This document shows, in pieces, positions 1 to 13,809 of a stretch of 64,000 nt of DNA (positions within the stretch are counted from its first letter, which is position 1; each line of letters opens with the position of its first letter). The translations under genes and the position numbers were made by a program. The notes below the pieces were generated by a model that did not search any database, was not told where the DNA came from, and worked only from the letters and a program-made list of their open reading frames with translations. Source of the stretch: the human T2T-CHM13v2.0 reference genome, Homo sapiens; NCBI RefSeq assembly GCF_009914755.1, contig NC_060926.1, one strand, 5' to 3'.

Positions 1-149
1 TTGTTCACAGAAGATCACATAGCCAGAAACTAGCTGGATTTCAAATCTTGGGTCTGTATAACATCAAAGCTTACCCATACTTTTGCCACTCTTCTACAGC
101 TTCCCCCCACAATAACTACCTACCATTCACTAAATGTCAAGAATTACGC

Positions 150-285
150 TCAGTAATTAAGAATCATCCACTGAAAGAATTCTCACAGTAATTCTGAGAA
201 GTGTTCTTAGCCCCTAGATGAGGAAACTGAGCTCAGAGAATTCCAGGAACTTGATCAAGGGAGCACCACAGCAAGGCTGAAATGT
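150..285 (-). mobile_element. MIR SINE fragment
   Basis: agatgaggaaactgag...cagaga is the reverse complement of the MIR core. Confidence 0.7.
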
Positions 286-1311
286 GCAGAGGGAGATTTC
301 CCAGAACCCTGCACAATTTCAGAAGAAATTTGTGTGGTACAATGAGTTTAGTAAAAGTAATTAAGGACTTGTTACTTTCTTAAAGTTTTTCAGTTTTATC
401 TGGGAAACTATTAATATGCTTTGGAAGAGAAGAAAATTCCCAAAGGACTGATTTCCTCATCTTCGGTGGACAAGGAAATACCTCTAGGAATGTCCATTCA
501 AGCCAAAATATCAGCATTGTGATCCATTACTTTCGTACACAAAAATAAATGACCCTCAGTTATCTATGTTTAACAGATCAATACCCACAAGCATATGTAA
601 TGTGCCAAAAACTCTGAAAGCTATACACAAATCAGAATAAATGTAGTTCTTTTCCCTTCACCTACTTCCACCACAGAATTAAAGACCCAGCTATAGTGGT
701 ATCTGCTTTATTTGATTGGCATATGTCTTGAAGCTCTTAGGATGTAGTATTTTTCCTCATGGGAGAATTTCATATTAACATCAAGAGTATTATATTTTTC
801 CTTAATGGTGAACTTTGTGTTAACGTTGCATTAACTCCATATTAATGGAAACACAAATGTTTCCAAGTGAAATATTAAGGGGTTTAAATACAATCCCCCT
901 TCTCTAATTCAATTTATAACTCTTTAACTGCACAGTTAATGGGTTCTTCAGCTATGTTATTTTTCATTCCAAATTAAATTATATTATTGTAAACCAGGGG
1001 GAATTTAAGAATAGGTTTTAAGCATGCAAAAATCTTCAATTAAGATGAAACTAGTAGAGAAAGATGTAAAATTATTTTATCTGTGTATATATATGTTGTT
1101 TCTGTCTGTAAAATGGGAACATTACCCTTTTCCAATAATGCTTTGCATATAGCAATGAACACAATAATATACCCTGGAGATGCTCTCCTGAAAGAACACA
1201 TTCAGAGACTCTAACATATTCACATTAGTGAACAAAATTGGCATTTATACTTTACCACCATAGTGTATGATTCAGAATTAAACATATCGCACAGATTCCC
1301 ACATGCTGAAA

Positions 1312-1440
1312 GAGTAGTTCTTAAATTTTACGTGTCTTAGAATCATCTGGGACTCATGTTTAAAATTCAGACTCCATAGAGCAAATTACAGAAATTGTGA
1401 TTCAGTAGGTATAGGATGGGTCTTAGGCGTTTGCATTTTT
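1312..1440. mobile_element. MER5A-type hAT-Charlie element, left part (split by L1)
   Basis: ttagaatcatctggga...gattcagtaggt...tgcattttt; the element resumes at 5221. Confidence 0.7.
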
Positions 1441-1953
1441 TAATTTTTAATTGTTGTGGGTACATGGTAGGTGCCTATATTTACAGGGTACATGAGATAC
1501 TTTGATACAGGCATACAATGCATAATAATCACATCAGGGTAAATGAAGTATTCATCACCTCAAGCATTTATCCTTTCTTTGTGTTAAAAATAATTCAATT
1601 ATACTCTTAGTTACTTTTAAATGTACAATAAATTATTGTTGACTGTTGTCACCCTGTTGTGCTACCAAATGCTAGATCTTATTCATTCTATCTAACCATA
1701 TTTTTTTATACATAAACCATCTGCACTTCCCCCGCAACCCACTACCCTTCCCAGCCTCTGGTAACCATCATTCTATCCTCTATCTTCATGAGTTCAATTG
1801 TTTTCATGTTTAGTTCCCACAAGTAAGTGACAACATGCGAAGTGTGTCTTTCTGTCCCTGGTTTATTTCACTTAACATAATGACCTCCAGTATCATCCAT
1901 GTTGTTGCAAATGACAGGATCTCATTCTTTTTCATGGCCGAATAGTACTCCAT

Positions 1954-1959
1954 TGTGTG

Positions 1960-1992
<33 letters not shown>

Positions 1993-2100
1993 ATGGTACA
2001 TAGATACATATATATATGAGATACATAGATACATATATATATGAGATACATATATATGATACATATATGAGATACATATATATGATACATATATATATAT
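1954..2100. repeat. (GT)n followed by TA-rich compound microsatellite
   Basis: Directly visible. Confidence 0.95.
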
Positions 2101-3439
2101 CACATTTTCTTTTTCCATTCGTCTGCTGTTATAAACTTAGGTTGCTTTCAAATCTTGGCTATTGTGAACAGTGCTGCAGCAAACAGTGCAGATATCTCTT
2201 CGATATGCTGATTTCCTTTCTTTTACATATATACCTAGCAGTGTAATTGCTGGATCATATGTTAGTTCAATGTTTAGTTTTTAGGAACTTCCAAACTGTT
2301 TTCCATAGTGGTTGTACTAATTTACATTTCTACCAAGGTGTACAAGGGTTCCCTTTTCTTCATATCCTCACCAGCATTTTAAAAGCCATTTTAACTGGGG
2401 TAAGATGATATCTCATTGCAGTTTTGCTGTGCACTTCTCTGCTGCTAGATATATTGGAAGTCCATTGTACGTTGTTTCTTTTCTCCTACTGCTTTTAGCA
2501 TCCTTTCTTTATCCTTGACCTTTGGGAGTTCCATTATTAAATGTCTTGAGGTAGTCTTGTTTTAGTTAAATCTACTTGCTGTTCTATAACCTTCTTGTAT
2601 TTGAATATTGATATCTTTCTCTAGGTTTGGGAGGTTTTCTGTTATTATCTCTTTGAATAAACTTTCTACCACTATCTCTCTCTACCTCCTGATTAAGGCC
2701 AATAACTTAGATTTGCCCTTTTGAGGCTGTTTTCTAGATCTTGTAGGCATGCTTCATTCTTTTTTATTCTTTTTTGTCTCCTCTGACTGTGTGTTTTCAA
2801 ATAGCCTGTCTTCAAGATAATTTTTTCTTCTGCTTGATCAATTCTGCTGCTAAGAGTCTCCGAGGCATTCTTCAATATGTCAGTTGCATTTCCAACTCCA
2901 GAGTTTCTGCTTGACTCTTTTTAGTTATTTCAAGCTCTTTGTTTAACTTATCTGATAGGATTCAAAATTCCTTCTCTTTGTTTACTTGAATTTCTTTTAG
3001 TTTCCTCAAAACAGTCACTTTGAATTCTCTGTCTGACTGACCACAAATACCTGCCTCTCCAGGATTGGTCACCAGTGTCTTATTTAGTTCCTTTGGTGAG
3101 GTCATGTTTTCCTGGGTGGTCTTGATGCTTGTGAATGTTCTTCAGGGTCTGGGCTTTGAAGAGTTAGGTATTTATTGCAGTCTTTACAGTCTGGGCTTGT
3201 TTGTGCCTGTCTTTCTTTGAAGGTATTCCAGATATTTAAGGGACTTTGGTGTTGTGATCTAAGTTTTTGATCACTGCAGCCACATCTTCATTAGGGGGCA
3301 TCCCAAGCCTAGTAACAGCGTGAGTCTTGCAGACTCCTATAGGTACCACCTTGGTAGTCTTGGATAGGATCTAGAAGAATTCTGTGGATTACCTGGTAGA
3401 AACTCTTTTTCTCTTCCCTTACTCCTCCTAAACAAATGG

Positions 3440-3442
<3 letters not shown>

Positions 3443-3481
<39 letters not shown>
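3443..3481. repeat. (CT)n microsatellite
   Basis: Directly visible. Confidence 0.95.
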
Positions 3482-3485
<4 letters not shown>

Positions 3486-5220
3486 ATGAGCTCTCTGAAC
3501 CTAAGAGAGGAATGACACATGGACTCCTGTTGTCACCACCACTGGGACTGCACTGGGTCAGACCTGAAGCCAGCACAGCACTGGGTCTCACCCAAGGCAC
3601 ATGTTAACCACTGCCTGGCTACCACCTATGTTCACTCAAGGGCCTAGGGCTCTACAATCAGCACAGCACATAACAAAGCTAGCCAAGCTTGTGTCTTTCC
3701 CTTCAGGGCAGCAAAATCCCCTCAGTCCTGGGCAGGCCTAAAGATGCCATCAAGGAACCAGGGCCTAGAGTAGGAAACCTTAGGAATATACTTGATGTTC
3801 TATTCCACTGCAGCTGAGCTGGCACCCAAGCCACAAGACAAAGTCCTTCCACTCTGCCCTCATCTTTCCACAAACAGAGGCATTTCTCCCTATGGCCACT
3901 ACTGCCCTAGGTCCATGGTGAGCACTGCCTGGCTACTACTGATATTCATTCAAGGCTTACAAAGCTCTTTAGTCAGCTTGTGGTGAATGCTGCCAGGCCT
4001 GGAACTCTCCCTTTAGAGCAGTGGGCTCCCCTCTGGCCCAGGGTATTTCCAGAAATGCCATCTAAAAGCCAAGACCTAGAATTGAGGACACCAGTGGGGA
4101 GTGTCCTCACCCATTGTGGACAAGCTGGTACCTAAGCAGTAAGACAAAGTCCCCTTACTCTTCCCTCTTCTTTTCTCAAGCAGAAGGAGTCCCTCCCCTT
4201 AGCTGCCACAGCTGGGAATCTGCTGGGTCATACCTGAAGCCAGCATGTCTCCAAGTCTCAGCAAGGCCCATGGTGAGTACTACCTGGATACTGCTGCTGA
4301 TTATTTAGGGCCCAAGGGCTCTTTAGTCAGCAGGTGATGAATCCTGACAGGTCTGAGTCCTTCCCTTCAAGGAAGTGAGTTCCCTTCTGGCCCAGGCTGT
4401 GTCTAAAATGTCATCCAGGAGCTAGGGCCTGGAATGGAAGCCTCAAGACTCTGTCTGGTGTCGTATCCTACTGTGGCTGAGCTGGTATCCAAGTTGCAAG
4501 ACAAAGTCCTCTTTATTCTTTCCTCTCTTCTCCTCAAGTGGAATGCAGGGGTCTCTTTTGGAACTGTGAGCTGTGCTGCCTGGGGGTGGGAGAGGGATGG
4601 CACAAGCACTCCCCTGGCTACCCCAGCTGGTGTCTCACTAGGTCACAAGCCCCCAAAGTCTACTGGCTCTAAGCCCAGCACAGCACCAGGACTTGCCCAG
4701 GAATTGCAGTCCTTGTGGTCTAGACTGCCTTTAATGTTTATTTACAACCCCAGAGCAATTTAACCCATGGTGGCGAGGCTTCCTGGGATTCAGGTTCTGA
4801 CTGCTAGAATGAGTGATTCCCCTCTGGCTAGGGCTGATCTAAATGCTCCCTCTGTGGGTGCCAGCTAGGTTCTGCCCAGCGTTGCTTTCTGCTGTGACAA
4901 TACAGCACAGCATTTCAATGCAAAGTCCCACAATCACTGCATTCTCCCTCCCCTAAGCGCATAGATTCTCTCTCTGTGCCACTTGCTGCTGCTGGAGGAT
5001 AGGGGGGATGCAGTGTCAGCAATGAAAAACTCTCTCTCCTACCCTGTTCAATGCCTCTTTCAGTGGCATGAAATTAAAACCAGATACTGTGATTGCTCAT
5101 CTGATTTTTGGTTCTTATGAAGGTGTTTTTTTGTGTGTGGAGAGTCGTTCAATTTGGTGTTACTGTAAGAGGACAATCAGTGGAGGCTTCTATTCCACCA
5201 TCTTGCTCTGCCCCCTAAAG

Positions 5221-5296
5221 TCTGCATTTTTAAACAGTTACCTCAGCTAATTCTGATACAGGTACTCTTTGAACCACATTTCTAACAGACAATGGT
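5221..5296. mobile_element. MER5A-type element, right part
   Basis: tctgcatttttaaacag...aattctgatacagg...accacattt continues the MER5A pattern. Confidence 0.65.
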
Positions 5297-5573
5297 GTAG
5301 AGTCTTAAAATCCAATAGTCCATATATTAATGTACACGTATAGGTACATGTCATTTTTGATTTTGCATATTCATTTTATTAAACTCAAAAACAGACATAC
5401 ATCTGTACCTGTAATGTGTCCCCTACCTTAACAGCTCACAATTATTATGTTCAATCTACTTTTAAATAAAGAATAAAAAAGCATAGTAAAAGGACAAGCA
5501 AGTACAGGAATAAAGAAGACAGAAAGGGGCACTAACATGAGAACAAAGTTTTAGATTCTATTTAAGCTGAGAA

Positions 5574-5840
5574 CAGTGCTCCACAAAATGTGGGCCATGG
5601 GTAAGTGCTGGTCCATGAATTGGTTGTTTATAATCTGAGATAGGTCTAGAAACTGACTGGAAGCTCTTAGAAACTTTTACAGAAATTTGTCAGAGTAATT
5701 TTATGTCTATTCAATCTAATAATAAAATTTTGGACTCATATTTTATAGATCTTATATTTTATTCCATTTCTTTTTCTACTAGCTTATTTTCACTCTATTT
5801 TACAAAAGATCAATGTCCACAGGTAGTCTGCGAAGCACTG
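5574..5840 (+). mobile_element. hAT-Charlie non-autonomous element (Charlie4-like)
   Basis: Inverted termini cagtgct...agcactg; internal ttagaaacttttacag motif. Confidence 0.55.
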
Positions 5841-6944
5841 GTGAACTCTACAGAGAAGAACCGGCCTTCTTGGTTAGTCCAGTGAGCCTCTCCTAACCCA
5901 GGATTTTAATACAAAAGTGAATATCCTCAACTTCTCATAATTACTTACTGTGAATCTGTCAGCAATGAACGATCTCTGTTTTCTGTGAATCTACCAACTT
6001 CTTTTTAGCTTGTATCCCCTTTTAGAATAACATTTTAGTAACATTTCTTAAAAGTTTACTTTCAACAGTGTAAAGTAGTACTTTTTCACTTTTATTTTTC
6101 TTTTAATTTTCAAAGAGACCCTTGAGTCTTAACATTTGAGGATTCAGTGACGAATGCTATCATTGTATTAATATCTGTACCCTATCTGTGCATTTTTGCT
6201 AACATGAAACTATGGTCTCTCATTCTGCTATTCTCAAAAAGCAGGTCCTTTAACTGCTTTGCTCATCTTAATGCCAGGTCCCTATCAACTATCTAATGAT
6301 TTTCTTGATATGTGGCAATAACAGTAATAAGAAGCACAAAGTATCAGTAAATTATTCTAGTCATAAATACATGGGACACGGATCTCATTTTGTGGTTTCC
6401 CTGCCTCCTAGTAAACTTTGAATCATAATTTTCTCCCTTATTGAAGACCTGCACTGTGAACAGTATTAAAGTTAAATGTTAGATATATTCTTTACGGTAT
6501 CTGCTTCCTGGTTGATAATATCCTTTGGTGGTCCCCTACAGTTTCTACTTTTGGTATATAAGTGTTGCCAAGAATAACATTTTCCCTTTCCAAGTTAAAC
6601 ATGGTGTTTATAAAAGGTGTAGGATGGAGAACCTGGAAGTATGAATCTGTGCATACAATGGGTAAAGTCACAATAATAGCAACCACTTTCCCAGTTGCCA
6701 AGATCTCTGGCCAGGAAGAATAAAAATGAGGATTTTTTCCTCCCTACCTAATTGTGTCCCCCTTTGAGAAGAGTTAGGAAGTCAACTATTAAGTGTCCAA
6801 ATTTGCTTTCTGATGCTTATAAGTTGCACACTAAATTTGTTCATTTTATTTGCTTAACATTTTTTTTAGAAACCCAATTTTTAAGACATTTTCTCATGTA
6901 ATCGGTTAACTATATGACTAAGAACTCTCTGACAGCTTGTAGGC

Positions 6945-7180
6945 TGTCCAGAACAGCTTTGGTTCCGCGGCCAAAAATGGACACCTTTTTAGCTGTGTGA
7001 GGTTGGCCAAGTGATTTAACTCCCTAAACTTTAGTTTTCACATCTGTACAATTGGGATAACGAGGCACAGCCAGTACAATTTTGAGAGGATTGTGAAGCT
7101 ACATAAAGTCAGCAGCACACGACCTGGTGCAGAGTCCACGCTTGCTGCAGTAAAAGCTCAGATATGAGTGTTGTTATTCT
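6945..7180 (+). mobile_element. MIR SINE
   Basis: agctgtgtga...agttttcacatctgtacaattgggataa core. Confidence 0.7.
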
Positions 7181-7887
7181 TAACAAGGAAGACTCTAAAT
7201 CACTGAAATAAAATCTAGAGAAGTTCTTGGAATTTTCTCACTCTGACAAGTACACAAAATAGATAAAGGATAGTCCACCAGGAAGGCAGCTGGCTAGATG
7301 AACTGGCCTCTGCAGTCTCCTTGATCTAGGTTATCTAACATGCCCAAACCATGTTCAAATTCAGTACTTTGTTTGTAATTCAAGTAACATCTTTGGAGAA
7401 AAAGAATTGCCTGTTTTCAATTAACCAAAGGAATTATAATTATGTTAATTTCTTTTAGTGTACCACATACATTTGTTTCAGCACACTTTGGGAAAGGTTA
7501 AGTGGAGCAAATATAACTAAAATCACAGGACATCTTTGTAAAAGCAGATGGCATTCATCCAAAATGTCCTTCCTGGAACAAACTGTAACAACTTGATTCA
7601 CTCCCACCCTTCCCTACCAAGCTATATTTAAAGGTCCGTAAGCATTTCCATCATAAACTGCTGTCATCAGGATTTGTAATTTTACCTTCTAACCTATTTC
7701 AGGGTTTATATACAAACATCTCAAACTTAAAAAAAGCTATTGTTTTTAAAATTTAACAACTTCCTTCAGTAAAGGATAAGAGTACAAGGGGAAACAAACA
7801 AAAAAGTAATGATTATACATGAAAAAAATTATCTGCCATGGCTTGATAAGCAAAATAAGGTGCATGCTCAAGAAATATGTGCCACCA

Positions 7888-8190
<303 letters not shown>

Positions 8191-8209
8191 TCAACGGTGA
8201 ATAATATGT

Positions 8210-8575
8210 CATGATTCATAATAATTAGAAGCTAAATAACTGTCCAGAAATTAATGAAAAGGTAAATTGTGGTACAGTCATATTATAGGGTATTATGTAG
8301 CCATCCCATGATATTCTCAAATAATTTTTAATAACATGGAAAACATTCATGAGATAATAAGTGGAAAAACATACTGCAAAATTATATGTACAATAGGAAC
8401 TTAACTGGATTATAAAATAAATATGTATACAATCTATATTTAAAGTTGTAAAAGAAATATGCCAAAATGTTCATAGTAGTTATAGCTTGGCTGGAAAACC
8501 TAAGTCCTTCATATTTGTCCATAATTTCCAAGTGGTGTACAATGAACTTGCATTACCTTACTAATCAGAAAAGAA
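8210..8575 (+). mobile_element. Ancient L1 (L1ME-like) 3' fragment
   Basis: taaattgtggtaca...tattatgtagccat pattern. Confidence 0.5.
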
Positions 8576-8979
8576 AGGCTTCATTGTGGCTTAGTGTCAC
8601 AGACAAATACAGAAACAGTAATACAGGAAAAAAATGAAGGCTGGCATCTCTCTCTTATCTTTCTACATCCTCTGCACTGCCCTTGCAAATCTATCTTTAA
8701 TCATCAACTATTTTGACATTTGAAAATCTTATTTGTACTGTGGATTTATGAAATATTCAGAAAGAAGTTTTCATTTATCAAGCAGTTTCCCCAAAAAGTG
8801 ACCTTGTAGCTATCCACAAAGTATTATCAACAACTCATATCTCAAGATTCTAAAAAATACAAGTATCATCCACCATAAGGTCACCTCTAGGGGACAAAGC
8901 ATAGACGTGGGATACATCCAGTAAGGGAAGAGTAAAAAAAAAAAAAAAGAAGCAAAGACGGCACATGAAAACTAGTTTT

Positions 8980-9337
<358 letters not shown>

Positions 9338-10447
9338 TCAGCAGATATCAACTTAAAGAGAACTGTCCCAAATGGAATCATGACATCAATTTAAATCAAA
9401 CATAAATATTAAAAGAATTCGGAGTCCCAGTCTATCTTAGAGCCTCTCTAACTCTGACTGGAAACAGACACAGACAGACACACACAGAAATCACACTGCA
9501 ATCAATCATTGTGAGCATTCATGATCACAGATATTTCCAGTTTCTCTATAAACTTTAATAGATTCTACTTTTACTTTTTTCATTGAAATAATAGTTTTTG
9601 CCAGTTTGGGAAGTATGTTTTTAATTTCACAGCTTGTTACCACTGGGTTTTGAAAGAAAAGGAAGTGGTAACCTTTTTCAAAACATCAGGACGGGTAAAA
9701 GACTGGCAAGTGTATACTTGAGAATCAAAATTGATTATTAGTGGGAACACAACAGTGGAAAAAGATGTGGATATTGGTATCATGCAATGGCTAGGAAAAA
9801 GGAATCAAACATGAGAGGTGGGAAAACGTCTACAGAGAAACATCATCTATTTCAATTTTTCTAATGGAGATTGTCCAGAATAAAAGTGAAATAGCCTCTA
9901 CTTATTACTGTATTGCAGTTATGCAGATATTATGAATGACACTTGTTCTATATCACCAATGCCATACATTTTTCCAAGGCTGATGAACACGTTCTTGAAG
10001 CTTATATGTCTACTATTCAAAGTACTTTCGCATGTACCTTCTTATGCCAGTTAGGAAAATCTGGTCCATTTGGATACACTGTCAGGTCCAATTCCCTCTA
10101 TCAGTCTACGTTCCTTCAGGCTCAGAACCATGTTTTATTAATCTCCATTTTCCTAACAATTACCTAATGGTGGGAAGGGCACAATACATATTTTTGATTA
10201 AAAGAATAATAACACATTCTGAATCTTAGCTTTTATTACCCTCAAACTTTGCCCCAAACCAGAAGTGTGAAGTACTTCATAACTTATTGGTCTCCAAATT
10301 TGTATATTTAAGAGCAACTATTTAAACAACAATTTGAAGAGATACTAAGAATATAATAGACAAAAAGCCACATCAAAAATAATCTCATCATACTGAGAAG
10401 TAAAAAACAAGAATCCAACAACAAAACATAAATTAAAATAGATTTTC

Positions 10448-10747
10448 GGCTGGGCACAGTGGCTCATGCCTGTAATCCCAGCACTTTGGGAGGCCGAGGC
10501 AGATGAATCACAACGTCAGGAGTTTGAGACCAGCCTGGCCAACATGACGAAACCCCATCTCTACTAAAAATACAAAAATTAGCTGGGTGCAGTGGTGCGC
10601 ACCTGTAATCCCAGCTACTCAGGAGGCTGAGGCAGGTAGCAATTGCTTGAACCAGGGAGGCGGCCATTGCAGTGAGCCAACATCACGTCACACCACTGCA
10701 CTCCAGCCTGGGCAACAGAGCAAGACTCTGTCATAAAAAAAAAAAAA
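10448..10747 (+). mobile_element. AluS
   Basis: Full dimer with poly-A tail. Confidence 0.92.
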
Positions 10748-10748
10748 G

Positions 10749-11060
10749 GGCCGGGCATGGTGGCTCACGCCTGTAGTCCCAGCACTTTGGGAGGCTGAAG
10801 CAGGCGGATCAACCTGAGGTCAGGAGTTCGAGACCAGCCTGACCAATACGATGAAACCCCGTCTCTACTAAAAATACAAAAATTAGCCAGGTGTGGTGGC
10901 ATGCACCTGTAATCCCAGCTACTCAAGAGGCTGAGATAGGAGAATCTCGAACCCGGGAGGTGGAGGTTGCAGTGAGCCAAGATCACACCACTGCACTCCA
11001 GCCTAGGCAACAAGAGCAAAACTCCATCTCAAAAAAAAAATCAATACATAAAAATAAATG
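10749..11060 (+). mobile_element. AluSp/Sq-like, directly after the tail of the previous Alu
   Basis: cctgaccaa and gcaacaagagcaaaactcc diagnostics. Confidence 0.9.
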
Positions 11061-11431
11061 AATGAATTAATTAAGATCGTTTTTCATTCCTTGGGGGAAA
11101 AAACATAGAGTTACAAACTCTATAAAAATTATTGTTTGATCATACTCAAATTTCATAAACATGCCAAGGAAATTTTAATAACATTAATTCCTAAATCAAA
11201 GAGAAACCAGGTTGGCCAAAGCTATCCGCTAGTTAGTGCCACGGAAAAGTAGCTTAAACTTTCAGTGATAAAATAATGAGTAAATTCTGAGAATCCCGAA
11301 GAGAGAGTCTCAAACACAACCTAAGAGGCAAATTATATTATGGTCATTTTGATTTTTTTGTCAGTTTTAAAGTTATCTACTTGCAACAATTGTATTCTTG
11401 ATATAAGGTACTAAAAATTGTCCTGATGCAG

Positions 11432-11786
11432 TGTATTAGTCTGTTCTCACGCTGCTCATAAAGACATACCCGAAACTGGGTAATTAGTAAAGGAAAGAGG
11501 TTTAACTGACTCACAGTTCCACATAGCTAGGGAGGCCCCACAATCATGGTGGAAGAGCAAGGGACGTCTTACATGGTAGCAGGCAAGAGAGGGCTTGTGC
11601 AGGGGAACTCCCCTTTATAAAACCATCAGATCTCATGAGACTTATTCACTATCATGAGAACAGCATGGGAAAGACCCACCTCCACGATTCACTTACCTCC
11701 CACTGGGTTCCTCCCACAATACGTGGGAACTGTGGGAGCCACAATTCAAGATGAGATTTGGGTGGGAACATAGCCAAACCATATCA
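11432..11786 (-). mobile_element. THE1B-like MaLR solo LTR
   Basis: Reverse complement begins tgatatggtttggct; 355 bp; 5-bp TSD tgcag at 11427-11431 and 11787-11791. Confidence 0.9.
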
Positions 11787-12209
11787 TGCAGATTTTCCTG
11801 AAATATCCTCAGCATAGTTAATGCATGAATGAAGCAAAGTTTCCATTTTACAAATTTCTCATGCAATAACAATTGCAACATCTGAAAGCACTTAAAATAA
11901 GTTTTTCTCACTGTTTCTTACCAGCAGATTAAGTCAATACTGCTAAGCCAAATTAGAAAATGTGAACCAAACAAACAAGCAAAATACAAAAGAGAAAAAA
12001 AGGAAAGAAAATCAAGAAGTATATATTTTCTTGGCACAAGTTTACTCAGATGCAGTCTCACAAAGCATTTCTGCAATTATTTTAAAAACAAGTTCCACTG
12101 TTAAATCTGTGTTCAGATTAGTTTTGCACGTATTACTCTAAGAGTAGCAAAATCACAACTGTCTCCTCTTTGGCCTTTCCTTGGGTTGGGAGTCAATGGG
12201 ACTGCCATA

Positions 12210-12330
12210 AGTAGAGCAGAGTGGTTAAAAACCCAAGCTCAGAAGTCAGATTCCTAAGTTTAAATTCAGGCCCTACCATGTCATCTTTTTGTCATCTTGG
12301 CTAAATCACTTTAATTCCCATTGCCTAGGG
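12210..12330 (+). mobile_element. MIR fragment
   Basis: gagtggttaaaa...agtcagattcctaagtttaaatt. Confidence 0.55.
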
Positions 12331-12389
12331 CTGAAATAGCATATATACTGCACCACCACCCCCATACACACACAATTTCATACAATGTG

Positions 12390-13500
12390 CTTTTATTTAT
12401 GAAAAGAAACACGGAAATGATAAAGAAGAAGCCACCACAAATGGTTACCTACAGAGAGAATAAGTGTTCAGAGTGGAGATACCAGGGATAAAATATAAAA
12501 CTACTCTTAAAACACCTTCTTGTATAGCTTTCCCCATTGGCCCAATTAGAATATTTTCAAAACCCTGCAATTCATTAGAACACATGAAAATAAAACGTTT
12601 AAACACGAGTTCATAGCAATATTAAAATATATGTAGCCCCTAAATAAAATAAAAGTAAAACTCATTAGTCACAATTGACAATAACTAGGGCACCAATGCC
12701 CACATATTCTGAAAACTGTCATTGAAAATTAAAGAATTAAGCATCATTTTGCTTTTCCAGAATGAACAGTATTTCAAAGGTACTAACGAGCCATGAGGAG
12801 AAGTGCTTTTTACATAAGAATTCCAGGAAATAAGTACAGAAGAAATAAGATAATTACAAAATTCATAATTTTTCAATGCATAAGAAAATAATATATTTGA
12901 AAACATTAGACAAAAAAATCAATGAGAAACATTCTAACGAAGACATTACGCTGCCACAACTTGAACCCACTAATCAATCTTAGCATCACGAAGAATGGGG
13001 CAGTCAGACTCTTGTGTAACTTTTGATGGAATGCAACATGAAGTACACAGCACCACCAAAGAAGCATCCTTGGGGAAAAACATTAACTTGATGATATTCA
13101 AGACCCTTTTGGTTAACCTCCAATTTATAAGAAATAAGGGAGTCAGTGGAACAAGTTAAAAGACAATACCAGTGAGCAAAAAAAAAAACAAATCCTGAAT
13201 GTGAGACATTCTCAAGGACAACAGATACAGTTGTCACTGGCACTGTGAAAAATGAAAGGAAAAAATGATAGTGAAAAGAGTCAGATAAAACTAATGCACT
13301 CTAAATAAGTCTATTTTTATTTACAGTTCAAAAACAGGCAAAACTAACCTACAATCAAGCCTTAAGGAGGCTGTGATTGGGAGTATGAGAAGGACTTTTG
13401 AGGTGCTGAGAATACTCTATGTCCTGATCTGGGTGGCAGTTATACAGGTCTACACATACGTAAATGTTCATTACACAGTACACTTAAGATTATGGCAAAT
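12390..13500 (+). mobile_element. Ancient L1 (L1ME/L1MC-like) fragments
   Basis: atggttacct; gttcaaaaacaggcaaaactaa...gtacacttaagat 3' end motifs. Confidence 0.45.
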
Positions 13501-13501
13501 T

Positions 13502-13809
<308 letters not shown>

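Larger units (their letters stand above)
1441..5219 (-). mobile_element. L1MA-type LINE-1 with both ends present but internally deleted (5'UTR + ORF1 N-terminus joined to ORF2 end + 3'UTR)
   Basis: L1MA-like 3'UTR at 1441-1800; L1 remnant MEYYSAMKKNEILSFATTW; ORF1p coiled-coil remnant SRIDQAEEKI...LQDLENSLKRANL at 2693-2875; GC-richer 5'UTR at about 3100-5215; TSD gt(t/c)tgcattttt at 1429-1440 and 5220-5231. Confidence 0.85.

Noticed and set aside
6518-6526. ATATCCTTT U12-type donor motif on the + strand
   Set aside because: No upstream exon or matching U12 branch/acceptor was identified.
6530-6552. KVETVGD peptide resembling the guanylate cyclase motif
   Set aside because: Flanking residues do not fit the cyclase context (no YM after GD); treated as chance.
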